This document shows, one piece after another, positions 43,557 through 56,970 of a stretch of 64,000 bases of DNA. The notes below the pieces were generated by a model that did not search any database, had not been told where the DNA came from, and saw nothing but the letters and a program-made list of their open reading frames with translations. Position 1 is the first letter of the stretch. Each line of letters begins with the position of its first letter. The stretch comes from Eledone cirrhosa. Its lineage: Eukaryota. The stretch spans positions 51,832,001-51,896,000 of the forward strand of contig OZ024745.1 in the NCBI GenBank assembly GCA_964016885.1, in the 5' to 3' direction. The translations under genes were made by a program, and so were the position numbers.

Positions 43557-45589
43557 TCCTTGAATCTCGGTCATTGATGTTGGTTAACTGGAAAGTCCGT
43601 TGGATTGAATATCAAGCCACTACCTGCAGCCTCAGATATTCAGGACGTATCGGAGGGTTCTTGCTGTTCCAAGCAAGCATGCCTTTTGAAGCGTTCCAAA
43701 AAGCGTGAAGGGGCCGATTTTCTTTAACCATCCCTGGAAACCTTTGGAGATAGTCCCCAGTGCGCCTATGACAATCGGGATCACTTTGACTTCATGGCAG
43801 TTCCAAATCCTTTTCACCTCCCACTTTAGGTCCTGGTATCGGTTAATTTTCTCCCTCTCCTTCTCTTGCACTCTCGTGTCGAACGGGCAGGCCACATCCA
43901 CAATCAGGCACGATCTTTTTTCTTTGTCCACAACCACCAGGTCGGGTCTATTGTGTTCCAGTTTTTTGTCCGTCTGTATCCTAAAATCCCACAGCACCTT
44001 CACCTGACTGTTCTCCATCACCGCCTCTGGCCTATGCTCATACCATTTCTCAGAATGTGGTAGATTGTTTACTTTGCACAGGTGCCAGTGGATCACCCTG
44101 CCCATCACATCGTGTCTCCAGCCCTTATAGTGGGTCTGGGCTAGGTGTTTACACTCGGACACAATGTGAGCCACCGTCTCCTCTCTCTCTCCACAGATCC
44201 TGCACAGTGGGCTAGCCTCCTCCTTGTAGATATGGTGCTTCAACCACTTCGTTTTGAGGGCCTGCTCCTGCGCAGCCATTAGCATTCCTTCTGTAGCCTT
44301 TTTGAGGTCTCCTCTTCTCAACCAGTTCCATGTCTGTGGATCTCTAAATTCAGTTTTCTCAAAGAAGGTACTATGAAGGGATTTTCCCTTAAGGCTGCTC
44401 TTCCTCCTTGATGTTATTTCCTCCTTGGACATCCCCTGGCCTACTGTCCCCTCCTTCAGTACAGTTCTGAGCATTGGCTCCTTACTATAGGTCACGTATT
44501 TGTATAGGTTGTTTTTCTCCATCTGAACACAGTCCTCTATGCTGATAAGACCTCTTCCACCCTCAGATCTCCTTAGGTAGAGTCTATCGACATCAATCCT
44601 CTTGTGGAACATGTTGTAGATAGTCAATAGCTTCCTAGTCTTCCTATCCATTTCTTTTTGTTCAGCAACATTCCATCTCAGAATTCCCGCACTGTACCTA
44701 ATAATAGACACAGCTCGGGAATTTACTGCGCTTATGGCATTTCTGCTGTTCAGATGTGACTTCAATACGCTCCTTACTCTCCGAATGTATTCAGTTCTTA
44801 ACAATTCCTTCATTTTTTTGTTCTTTATGCCATCAGCCTCCAGAACGCCCAAATACTTGTATCCTTCCTCGGAGTCAATTTCCTTTATCATCTCACCTGT
44901 TGGTATCTGGATCCCGTTACTTCTGCTCAACCTACCCCTCTTCATCACAATGACTCCACATTTACCAATACCAAACTGCATACATATATCACTGCTGAAA
45001 ATACGGACAGTGTCAACAAGCACATCCAACTCCTTCTCACTTTTCCCGAAGAGCTTAAGATCGTCCATGAAGAGGAGGTGATTGATGGTAAGCTCTCCCC
45101 TTCCCAACTTGTATCCTGCTCTCACCTTTCGCAGCATAATGGTCAAGGGCATCAGGGCAAGGACAAACAACAGAGGGGACAGGCTATCTCCCTGGAAGAT
45201 ACCTCTCTTGATCTTCACGCTTCCCAAGGATACTCCAGTTGATGTCAACTCTGTCTCCCAGGACCCCATACTCCTGCCCAGCAACTGTCTGATGTTATCT
45301 GCCACCCTGAAGATCTCCAGGCTTTTGGTGATCCAGGAATGAGGCACCATGTCAAATGCCTTTCTGTAGTCTATCCATCCCATGGCAAGATCAGTGTGTC
45401 TCCTCCTGCAATTCCCCATTACCATCTTATCAATAAGCAACTGGTCCTTTGTACCACGTGACTTCTTTCGGCATCCTTTCTGTTCGTCCGGTAACAAGTT
45501 GTTTGTGTGGAGGTGATGGTAGATTTCCCCAGACACAATGCTCGTCAACAGTTTCCACATTACGGGCAGACATGTGATAGGTCTATATC

Positions 45590-45590
<1 letters not shown>
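43557..45590 (-). mobile_element. Dong/R4-clade non-LTR retrotransposon, 5'-truncated, RT plus restriction-like endonuclease, uninterrupted frame 45590-43632
   Basis: [71 protein letters not shown]; (TAA)n on both sides, the known Dong target. Confidence 0.95.
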
Positions 45591-45650
<60 letters not shown>

Positions 45651-45849
45651 GTTATTTTGCTTTTGCATCATGGTTTCCACCTGAGAGATCTGAACAAACT
45701 GAGCAACAAGTCTGGCGACCTCACATAGTGTGCACGTTTCGCACGAGATGGGCTGAGCGAAAAAGTGCTGATATTTTAAGGCAGTAAATGTGAGGTTGTA
45801 CTCCAATTTCTTCTAATTTCTTATCTAATTCCTTTGGTATCAACCCCAG

Positions 45850-46690
45850 TGCACCAATAACAACAGTACTCGCATAAAAAAGAAGGGACAAAAGCTAAAT
45901 ATTTTGGGCAACAAATACCATCATCTAAACCAAAGTCACCAGCACCTACACCAATTCCACCTCCACCACCATCACCAACAACTACCACAATTAACACCCC
46001 AACAGAAACCGCAGACACCAACATCATCGCAAACCAAACCAAATCCACATCCACAACAAAAGAAAATCTAAAAGAAAGAAACAAACCTCTGTTATTATAC
46101 AGCAAAAACACAATCTAAACAACTACACACAACAGAACACAAGCATTCCAGAAACACACGACATAACCCCTGCGTTATCAGAGAAGGCGTATGATCTTAG
46201 ACACGAGGGGACGAAAGAGTCGCTTAGTTGAGGGGTGTTAACTAAACCACAATATGGTCTTTGGCAGACCACAACAGACGCATGGTATTTGATCCCAAGC
46301 ACCATGAGGTTTTTCAGTGACAATTCACGCAAATGAGGGATGGATTTCAGAGCCTACCTCGATTTCCTACCATGACTCTTGGCATTGGAGGCGGAGTGTT
46401 GCTAAAAACCGTTAACAGCCTAGGAAATATGGGTCACAATGGCTAACTGCACGAGTGACAAATCCCCTGGTTTAGATGATCTGCCATACCAGATTTACAC
46501 AAGCATGCCAGACGTGTTCGGCGACATACTAGCGAACGTCTTCGCCAACTGTATATGTAACTCATCACCTTTTAACTTTTTACCTGTTTTCTCTGTTTAC
46601 GTTTTTCATTATATGTAAGTCGTCACTCTTCTTGTCTAATGACATTGTCGTTTTTTCTTTTGGCCCTAAAGAACAATAAAGAAATAATAT
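45850..46690 (+). mobile_element. Internally deleted Tx1-type LINE relic
   Basis: 46340-46550 translates MDFRAYLDFLP..KSPGLDDLPYQIYTSMPDVFGDILANV, homologous to ORF 38429-38977; C/A-rich ORF1-like upstream part; AATAAA at ~46675. Confidence 0.7.
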
Positions 46691-46692
46691 TT

Positions 46693-46812
46693 AGCTTTGC
46701 CTTTTATCATCACGAGGTAGACAGAATAAATTACGCACTGAAGCCGAATTAAATGACTTTTACCTTTCTTTCAAATTGCTGGCCTTGTGCCAAATGTAGA
46801 CACACTTATTAT
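46693..46812 (+). mobile_element. Degenerate SINE 3' part
   Basis: CTTTGCCTTTTATC...TTGCTGGCCTTGTGCCAAATGTAGA..ATTATT. Confidence 0.6.
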
Positions 46813-47869
46813 TATTGAAATAATAATTTTATTTTGTTTTATTGCTAATCATACTCTTGCCGTTGCTGATGCTTTTGATAATTATATCCTATTAATTTTA
46901 TTTGTTACTGTCATTTATACTATGATTACCTTTAACAAAACAAAACGCTACAGTCAGAAATAATAACATCGTAGGAAACAATACGATAGTTAGAGCATTT
47001 CCATTATATACAACTAGAATATCACTTGGAATGAATTCATGATTTAAATACATAACGAGCTTATATTTTCAGATATGTATGTAATCCTATCACTATCCCC
47101 GAACATAGGTTATACCTGCCAAGAAATACTTCCAATCATTTCCGACTGGCATATTTCCCATTGAAAGTGAACATCGGCAGTTGTGTTGCCTAAAAGTATA
47201 TAAATTAATATGATGGCATACTAAATAAAATCGATCATCTACTTTTGGCCAAGGAAGCTATTAAGTGCTTTATACATACAAACGCACACACATACACAGG
47301 CAAACACACATACAAACACATACACACAATCATACGCATATAATTATGTGTATATACAATTTAGTTGATTACTCAAGGAAAGAAAAATTAGAAAGCATTG
47401 TAACATTTCATAATATTAAGGTACTAAATTTGGCACATGTTGCACGAAAAGTATTCTATATAATTTATTATATAGGTCGCTTCGTACATTTGTATTTAGC
47501 AGTTCGAATTTCGCTTGATTCATTTTATTATAAAGCATGCCTTCAGTAGATGGCACGGCTATTTTCTTCACATATGTGTAGTATCATTCTGATCGGATTC
47601 TATTTCTCCTATAAGAGAGTGTATGTAGTTTAAATTAAGTTATAATACACTGAAACAACCATCAATATTTCTATATTACTATTAGCAGATTTTGAAGAAA
47701 CAATTTAGCGTAACCAATTATAGCTACATTTACTAGGTATTGCAATCTAGTAATATATTTGATAGACATATGGTCCTCTCATTGCAAGTATTAGAAACAC
47801 TAAAAGAGATTGTGTTATGTATTGTCTCATTCCATAATTCATGTCACGATGGTAAATAGTTTCTGCATT

Positions 47870-48020
47870 TGACATTATGCCCGAAATTCCAACGGAAGTC
47901 GATTAAACCAACTGTAGTACTTTACTGGTACCTTATTTTCTCGGGCAGCAATTGGATCTAAGAACGTAAATGACCGTAACTCTAAAGGTTGTCCGACACG
48001 TTACCCATTCTGACAATCTA
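47870..48020 (-). mobile_element. Degenerate SINE
   Basis: GTCGATTAA..ACTGGTACCTTATTTT..GAACGTAAA..CGTAAC..GTCCGAC. Confidence 0.5.
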
Positions 48021-48258
48021 ACGATCATACGATGAAAAAGAGGGAGTAAAATAGAAATGCAAGTATATTTATAAACGATATTGAACGGAATCTTTTCGGG
48101 GTGGCACAATTTGTCAACGAATCAGATTCTGGAGGATTTGAAGGCAAAAAGTGGTAGGAAAAAAAGAAATAACGAAGGGATAAATATATTTAGTAGAAGT
48201 TTTTGTTTTGGAGGGGGGGGGGGGTATGATGTTTCCTTTTATAATGTTTGGTGGTGGT

Positions 48259-48296
<38 letters not shown>

Positions 48297-48649
48297 TGAG
48301 TGTGGTTGCAAATATAGAGGTTTGCTTACAGATTTGCGTAAATTGGTTATTCCCATCACATATACTGCTGACGTCATAGCTGATCTTGCCTAAACTGATA
48401 ATATCTTGCTTTCCGGAAATACGATCGAACAGCACAGGATCTCTTCATCTGCACCTGAATCCTTCTTAGATTCAGAACCTGCAAGCATCAGATACCTCAG
48501 ATATCGAGCATATATGTTATTTCAAATATCTGATAGGGTCCACTGTCTCCATTCGCAACATGGATGTCAGGAATGCTCAATCATGGAGAGCACTTCACTC
48601 TTTACAGAGGGTGTCGAATGTGGCCATCTTCAAGGACACATAAACAATG

Positions 48650-49270
48650 GTTTTATGAATTGTTTGGAATAGATCCCGGAGTACAGTTCGGAGTTGTGGA
48701 TGATTAATACTCTTTGCCGCAACAGACTCAATGATACTTACCTCAGGATATTACGTGTGGTATACTTAAACTCATGGATTATGCATCCCCCAAAGAATGG
48801 TTGTATGGATCTCTGATGTTGTGGCATGTCGAAGTTTGGCCCTTGTCGGCCTTTTTACTCATTACGATGAACCCGATGGATTCTAGATACAAAGTGATGA
48901 GCTGGTCCATATCACCTTGAAATCAATTATCAAGTTATTGACATCAACCAACAAAATTTTGGCATAATTTTACAAGTGATCCTTATATTAGACGTTCATT
49001 CTCAGATGTAATACCATTTTCGGCTCCCATTAATGATTCATTCAATCTGCTCCCAGGGACTGCCGGATTTAGCTTTTTCCAATCCACGAAGAGTGAAAAA
49101 CGTGTCGTTGAAATGTCGCATTCGTCTGCTTGAAATTAAATTGCAAGACGGTATCTTACTATCTTAGTCCGTTAAAACCTAATATCAGGCTTCATTTTGC
49201 TATGGTGCCCCACTATATTAAATACTTACCTGAAACCAAGTAAACTTCAAAGAAATCAATAAATTTCATC
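48650..49270 (-). pseudogene. Highly decayed Tc1/mariner-like transposase relic
   Basis: Weak remnants resembling SDE, WFQQDGAPAH and F-WG motifs on the minus strand. Confidence 0.35.
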
Positions 49271-52200
49271 ATCTCCGTTCGCACTTAGGATGCAATATAC
49301 CTTAATTGACATACCTAATTCCCCCATAACCAACCTCTTTGTAATATCTGTGCTAATTTCTAGCAATTCCTAATCAGAGCCTGACAGGATTAGTTCTTGA
49401 ACTACAGACCAGTATATCAATCGTGCCACTTGATCTACCTCTACATTAATATTACAGTAAGGCTTCTTTTCTGTGAACATATAGACAATAAAACAATTAT
49501 TTCCGCAGCTGGCAGATTAAAATTGCAGAGAGCTTATTCAATCGACATAACATATACTCTACTTAGATATTTTCTAGATAGCATCAGCTGCAGGTTAACT
49601 ACGGATCATTCGAAATAAACTAGGTTACCAATTTAACAATTAGAAAGGCCTGAGTAGATTTCGTTGATATTTAAACACCGATACCAAATCTAATAATGAC
49701 CATCCCTCAAACCTTATTTCTATATGCCATTCCTGTATTCTCTTCCTCCATATAGTTGGAGGTTTCTAATTAAACTTGTAGACACCCCAAACGTTTACGT
49801 AGCCCGTCCTTATTTGAGTCATAGATGAGCATTAGATAATTCACCAATGTTGTTGCTGCCCACAATCAGTAATATTGACTTGCCATGCGGTCTATTAAGA
49901 CGCTCCATATTGATGGATGCACACATCACTCAAATACCAGATCCAGACGTACCGCACGAGTAACACGGCACAGCAGTGGCTAATATACACAAGTTTATAT
50001 CGTGGGAGAGGTCTTTAAAAATATAAGTGTCATGGGTGGTATGCTAGAGTTGAATATATATACGTGCGAAGAAATAAAAGGATCAAGTCCACATTTCTGC
50101 CGGTTAAACTACTACATCAATATTCATTTAACAGGTGAAGGTAGCGTTTTAAATGAGTGATAGTTTAATGAATTATATTCACACGTATCTCACTGTATTA
50201 AATCTATGACTATGTTGACTATTCAAGCGATAATGAATAATGTAATCAAGGAAATCTAGCGAAATTACTAGGTTGCATTTTCTGCCAGTTTCACAGGCCT
50301 TTGTTCCTTGTCTTGGCATGTGTGAGTCGACATGTAATGTGTTTCTATTTATCTTAGTATTAGTCTTTAATAGTGAATTTATCAATTATGGTTAATTAAC
50401 CAATAAAGGAAATTGCATCAATGTGTTGCTTCCTGATTTTCTGTTCCCATTATTACAATAAATTATTAGTTAACATGACAAGAATCATATGCGTGTGATG
50501 TTGATCTTATCAAGCATAGCGTAAGCTCAAATATTATGTCACTTAGAAGTTGCATAATATACATCAGAATATAGCCAACTGCATATCAGGCAGATTATAT
50601 ATAATTGACATAATTTCATTATAAATGATTTTTAAAAATTTTCTAATTTAATTTTCTTTTATGATACTATATTTAGACACGAAAAGAGAAAAAAAAAGGA
50701 CACGTCTAAAGACTTGAATTGATTGCCTAGTGTTTAATAAATAATTATACTGAGTGCAGAGGCTTGAAATTCCTATAAAATTCAAATAAAATTACATATC
50801 GAAAAAGCAATTTCTAACATAATTGCAAATATGTGAGAAACTGATTTCTCAATTAATTTACGTATTGCATACACGCGTACATATTATTCAAGCTAAAGCT
50901 GAAGTTAACGTTGGCGAATTTATACGCATGGAGTTTAAACGTCTCGGTGTATGTTCTCACTTGTATCAATTCTTCATTGGTTGTTACAAAATATTTCTAT
51001 AGTCTGTTATTTCCCTAGTGGTGTGTCACATTTGTAGATAATGAGGATTTATTTCTTCTTTATTAAAGACGAACATTTGGAAGTTGGAATAGTATTGGTA
51101 TAATATAAAGCATTGGTATAAGAGAAAGAAATGGTATAAAAGAAGGAACATTTATATTGGGAAGGCAAAATTTCGTTTTGATATGACTTATCAAGGGTAA
51201 GCAATATTCATGAAGCCATTAAAGATACAGCTATATCTACAAATACCTAATGGTATTTTCTCTCCTCACGTTCTATCAATCTCTCTATACATTTTCATAT
51301 TTCAATGTATTCAATAATATGGGTTTATGCGTATTTCCGTCGGGCTAGTCAATGTTTATCTAACAGTAACTTTAATACATACACCTTCCTCAGCATATTA
51401 CAGGTAAAAAAAAAGTGATATATAAATATGTGATATGATACACCGATGTACATACGATGTTCAATGTTCTGAGTTGAATCTCAGTTTTTCTCAGCATGTT
51501 GGTGTTCGACATTTAAACATAATCGTTGGTTCGAACTGCTTTCAACGACATGCTATATATTTGTCTAAGGCATCCGGCCATCACCAGATTCATGGATATC
51601 GCCAACAATCATTCAGCTATCGGGAGTGATAAAGATAACTGATAACGTGGTCGCTAAGTTGCATTCCCTAATAAAGTACTCGTTATTTCATTTATGCTTA
51701 AATGGTCAGTTTATTCCATAAATTGAAATAGGAAAAGTAGAAAATTGACTTCATATTGATTGTATTAACAATATTCCGTTGTGTCGAGGTTTACATTAAA
51801 TGGATTGGTGTAGAAAATATTTGTGGTCAGTATGTGGTGAGCGATTGTCGTCCCCCATATAGGCTCATGTGTTATGGTGGATTGCCTTTATCATGATTTG
51901 TGCATTATGTATAGTTTAAAAGATAATGTATTTCTGCTAATGAGAGGTGTTGTAATATGCTACGTTTCTTAGGAACTACGGTAAAAAGATTTTCGGTTGA
52001 TACTATCTATAATTGTTAAGGACGCTTGTAGGTAACCAATGGGAGCTTGTACTTAAAAGTCGGATCTATTGTTAATTACTTGTGTCCCGTTTCTAATTAT
52101 TGAAATATAAGAGCCACATTTGATGGTTGTTCGGATCTAATCTTCGACAACCAGTAATTTCTATACTAATTTCGATTCGGTTTTTCTTTTTTTCTTTTCT

Positions 52201-52455
52201 AGAAACTGGGTAAGGAACACATTAACGGGAAAAACTTTGACAGCAGAAAAACCAGGTTGAGATGGAATTCAACCACCTTTATTACATATATATATATTGT
52301 TATATTTAGGGAGGGTCATATTGTTATTATATTGCAGAAAGAATAATTTAAAAAATCTCACCGTTTGGTTTGGACTGGTTTTCGTTTCTATATATTTTAT
52401 ATCTCTATAGTTAATTTAGCTGGCAATCAATGTTTAACATTGATTGACCAACGGT

Positions 52456-52505
<50 letters not shown>

Positions 52506-52510
<5 letters not shown>

Positions 52511-53138
52511 AATTAGTATATCTACCAACATGGACATGGACACATGGAACTTATACAAAAATAATTCAGTGGATGGAAAAAAGCGAGCGTGGACTAAATT
52601 CCAAGACATTGAAAAAATCACTGCCTACTCGGTCGGTGGCAAATTCAAAAGAATCAATCACGTGAGATCGAGGTTAATCAGTCAGGAGTGGGGTGTTAAA
52701 AAGACAGTAGCCGAGCCATTACTATTAACTATAGTAGCAGTTTTGGCAAATTTTTGCTCAACAAAATAATTCGGAGATAAATTATAAAGAATTAGTATAT
52801 CTACCAACATATATATACAGATGCATACCTATGCTAGCAAATATATAGGTTTTGTCTAAGTAACTTTGTGGTTCAATGCAAGGGGATGCAGAACAATTAT
52901 ATGAAAAACGTAAAATAAGAAAATTATAAAAATTAACTTACTTACTAAAATTTCACTCTTACTAATTAGTTTCTGAAAGGGAATAAACATGGTTTCCAAA
53001 TTGAGAGCATGGAAAAGCCTTTCGTCATCAGGAAGTCTGATCTCAGATAAGTTACCAGGCGATGCGTGGACACAGGGAACTTATACAAAAATAATTCAGT
53101 GGATTTTATAATTTTTTATAATTTTCTAATTTTAAGTC

Positions 53139-53145
<7 letters not shown>
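52506..53145 (-). mobile_element. Family A hammerhead element, second insertion (~530-bp unit, circularly permuted relative to 3105)
   Basis: GGACACA.GGAACTTATACAAAAATAATTCAGTGGAT at 52538 and 53068; colinear homology to 3105-3626; (TA)n flanks. Confidence 0.85.
52955..53036 (-). ncRNA. Type I hammerhead ribozyme (family A)
   Basis: ACTTC-CTGATGA-cGAAAGG...CCTTTCa-GAAA-CTAATTAG-TA-AGAGT. Confidence 0.8.
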
Positions 53146-53209
<64 letters not shown>

Positions 53210-53211
<2 letters not shown>

Positions 53212-56200
53212 TTAGTTAAGAAAAACAAGGCCACAAATTTCATAAGGAAGACATTATTAAAAGATTGTCAGCATATTTTAGTTTGATGTAAGGAATGTAG
53301 AGAATAATAATAATAATATTAATAATAATAATGTCCGTTTACAATTGTTTCGCTACTCCATATAATATTTCTGTATCAGATGACTATATATCATTATTGA
53401 TCTGGTTCAGTTGAAAATAATTAGCATATTTAAAAACAGAGCGGCTCATCGGAATTTCAAGGAATATACATTAAAATAAGGAGAGAATGTTACATAATAT
53501 AGCGTTCCATATATTGGTGTTTCACTATGGTATCCTGGTTGTATCAGTTGTCAGCCATAATCAAGCAGTATTCATCTGTCGAGGCTGAGATCTGCCTATG
53601 GGTAACAAGATGGCCGCCAAAGGACATATTTACCTTACTAATTAGAGGGTGGTTTCAGGGGAAGTAACTCCTCGAGAGAGGGTAGTTTATAGTTAAGTGC
53701 TAATTTTTAATTTTTTTTAATTGACAGACAATGTAGGGGAGGTAACTTATAATTATCTAAGTTAGTTATAGCTATTTAACTTATTAGCTACAAGTTAAAA
53801 TGGGGCTAAGTGACTATGTTGGGTCAAATATTCTATTGGCGAAGGAATTAGCCCTTCGATGTTGACAGCTCATAGTTACCTCCGTTCTATCGTTAATTGG
53901 TAGCGGTCGTGATAGTGTTATGTAATATGCTTCGGTAATACAGAGATCACTAAATTTTCTTCGTCCCTTGAAGGGTTGGACCCTAGCTACGATATCCCAT
54001 TTTAGTGAGTGTTCAATGTTGCTTAATTTAAAGTTTTTAATGAGCCTAGCTAGAGATGTCGAACATCTGTTGCTAGGGTCTCGGAAGGAAAAAGAGACTG
54101 CGTTATAACGTACCTTAAAAGGGTTAAAGGTAGACCCGATATAAGAGCTGGTATTCGAAGCAGTTTCAACCGTGCACCTATAGACTATGTTGGGTGTCAG
54201 GCAGTGTCCATTTAATGGGCATGCATTAGGGTAACGTCAGTTGCAGTTGCTTCTGCGGTTAGTGAGAGTAGGGTAGTTTAACCTAAGCGGTTGGTCAGGG
54301 CTAGAATGATTAGATGGGGGAGGTGTGCTACTAGAGTAATTATTGGTGTAGTGGCGTGGTGCATTTGATCGGGGTGGTGGTACCGCGGTGTGGGAGTTAT
54401 ACTGTCTTAGTTTATGATGGTTACTGAATGCGATGTGGCTGCTAGCTAGGTTAGGTGTTGTGGAGAATGAGATTTTAATTTTATTTTTATTAAAGAGTTT
54501 GTAATATCTATGGTTGGGGGGATGTTTAGATAGGATAGAGAAAAAGTGTTTAGGGATATTAGTGGCTAGATTATATGAGAATGTGTGTGTGTGTGTGGGG
54601 GGGGGTTAAGCCAGGTGATTTTTCTAGGTCTATACCTTCTAGGGGTTCTAGTGGAGTTAGTAGGGGCCTTCCTAGGATTATTATTACCTGGGGATTTGTT
54701 ATTTGTCATCCCATTTCTCATTCCTATTCTAGGGTTGATTTTTACTTTGCTACTTGGAGTGGGGAGCAGGCCGCTGCCACCATTAAACCTCCATGTGTAG
54801 GTGCTGTTACTGCAAAAATTCCGGCGAATCTGGCTATATACTAAGGTATTTCTAGTTCTAGTGTTAAGTTTATTATGGTGAATTGCTGTGTTATGGTATG
54901 TAGTAAATGATTTAGAAAGAGCCTTATTATAATATTGTGCATGGTTTATAAATATCTCCTCATTTGCTGATAGCATGGAGATCCTATATGAGATAGATTT
55001 GATTACTGCTCTAATGACTGCCGGTGGGTGGTTAGAGTGTGGGCTAATATATGTGAGTATTTCACCTGGTTTATGGTAAGGGTAATATAGGTTATTGCTG
55101 AGATCCAGGGTGACGTCTAGGAAGCTTACTACTTTATGGTTCGGCTCGATGGTGATAGAGAGACCGTTATTTTTAGTAATTGTTTTTTTAGCAAACCAAT
55201 GCCCCGATTAGTGCAATTGTGGACTGCAAATAGGGCGTCGTCCCTGTATATTCCGCCTTGCAAGGGTTCGATTTCGGCTCTGATGTTATGTAATAGGTAA
55301 ATTCCAACTAAATCTGTGCTTTGCGCAGAGCCCATCGTGATGTCAAAGTTGTCTGTTCTATCCTTTCTAGTCCAGAGTGCTCCGTTGAATTCAATGATTG
55401 TCTGCCTATGATTTTAATCTCATTATTGGTTATGTCCGAGTTGGTGCTGGAAAGGGTTAATGCTTTGTTGAGCAGTTCCGAGGTTATTGAAACGTAATAG
55501 CTGTCGATGTCAAATTGGATGAACCTCATAGATTGCTTGGACCTTAGATCGGAGAACCATCTAATGACTTGGCCGGTGTTGGACCACAACTTGTAGGTGA
55601 TGTCATCCCGTAGCCCAGGGATTATCCTTTCAAGGATGTTCTTACTGATACGACCCAGGTAGGATGTGGTTGGGCTTATAAGTCTAATAGATGGCTTTTC
55701 TATAAAGTTTGGCTTATGATCCTTGAGAGAGAACCTTGGGGTTGTTGGTACATAAGGGTGGGTAAATCTATCCAGATGCAAGTCCTTAACCAAAGCCTGG
55801 GCCTTTCGGTTAAGTACGTTTACACTGGAGGGTATAGTTTTTTATAGTATTTATTAAGTTCCTTAAGAAGGAAAGAGTTGTAAGTTTCAGGTGTTATGGT
55901 GTATAGATTTTTAGTTTTGTCATACATAACATGTAAGAGGTGGCTATCTTTATATACTTTTATAGTTGTTGCTAATTTAGTGAGGACATTATTCTTGTGT
56001 CTATAATGCTTTTTAAATTTAATGCTCCTGGCGAAGTTGAATAGAGCTTTCTTATGAAATGTGTGGCCTTGTTTTGCTTAACTAATGAATATTTCCAGCT
56101 CTACGCGCCTAACTTCTGCATAAACCCAGCCACCTAGCTGCTTTCTACTGCATATTGCACATTGAGCACATGCCTTTACGCTTTGGCTTCTAACTTATTC

Positions 56201-56267
56201 ACCAATCTCTCCTCTCCTATTTCCTCTCCTATCTCTATCTCTCTCTTTAAGATTGGTTACTCTTGAA

Positions 56268-56270
<3 letters not shown>
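53210..56270 (-). mobile_element. Penelope-like element of probable Naiad type (RT plus GIY-YIG), frameshifted, flanked by (TA)n
   Basis: LKDHKPNF..RLISP, QFDIDSYY, MGS, GIYRDD, RKITWLNPP, CN*R...CPLNGHC..IVY..YIGST..FKVRY..KWDI..LCITE..CQHR; stop at ~53814. Confidence 0.88.
53336..53456 (-). ncRNA. Hammerhead-like motif with ~100-nt stem II in the 3' region of the Naiad-like PLE
   Basis: CCGATGA-GCCGCTCT...GGAGTAGC-GAAA-CAATTG-TA; palindromic stem III, U4C core change, weak stem I. Confidence 0.55.
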
Positions 56271-56366
<96 letters not shown>

Positions 56367-56370
56367 TAGT

Positions 56371-56970
56371 CTATCAAGATTCTTTCATCCCACACTTGTG
56401 ACATCATCAGTGGTAGTATTATGTTTTTTTATGTATTGAAATGCCTCCTCAATTCTTTTTCTTGTTTCTGTTTGCGCATGCGTTTGTGTGTGTGTTGTCT
56501 GTTTGGTGTGTGTTCGTGTCTGAGACTGTGTGTGTTTGTATTCTATCTTTGTTCACTAGTGTGTGTTTATGTGTGGTTTTGTTGATGTACCTGTGTATAT
56601 TTATTTATTTATTTATTTATATTTATTTAGGTCAATATTGTGTCTTTCTGTATGTTTGTTGTGTTTATTCCATTCATTTTTTTTAATTCATTTTTTTTTA
56701 GTTTTCCCAGTTTTATTTCAGTTGCTTCTCTGATCTGTCTACCTGTTAGATCATTCCTATATTCAGTTATTATTTTAATTTCTGTTGTGTCTATATTACC
56801 ATCATGACATTGTCTGGCGTGTTCATATAGTACCGAACCGTCCCTTTGTCCTTTTAGTCCTCCCAGTGCTTCGAGCTGTGTCACTTACGTATGTCGTTGT
56901 CATGTTTCTGCAAGTACCCTCTGTACATCACATGATATACTCTACATTTCTAGATTTACAATTTATTTGT
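56371..56970 (-). mobile_element. 3' fragment of another PLE (GIY-YIG remnant plus 3' hammerhead-like motif at 56371-56416)
   Basis: NCKSRNVEY..C..TYV..TAR and SVLYEHARQCH..RQIREATEIK; CTACCA-CTGATGA-TGTC..GGGAT-GAAA-GAATC-TT-GATAG. Confidence 0.65.

Noticed and set aside
45591-45806. N-terminal ~70 aa of the 724-aa ORF as part of the retrotransposon protein
   Set aside because: Flanking DNA plus the (AAT)n target; homology begins at RYRPITC.
53460-53815. SECIS element or second hammerhead downstream of the Naiad-like ORF
   Set aside because: An ATGAA and an ATTATGG/CCATAGT-GAAAC stem are present, but there is no correctly spaced AA loop/GA quartet and no CUGANGA core.
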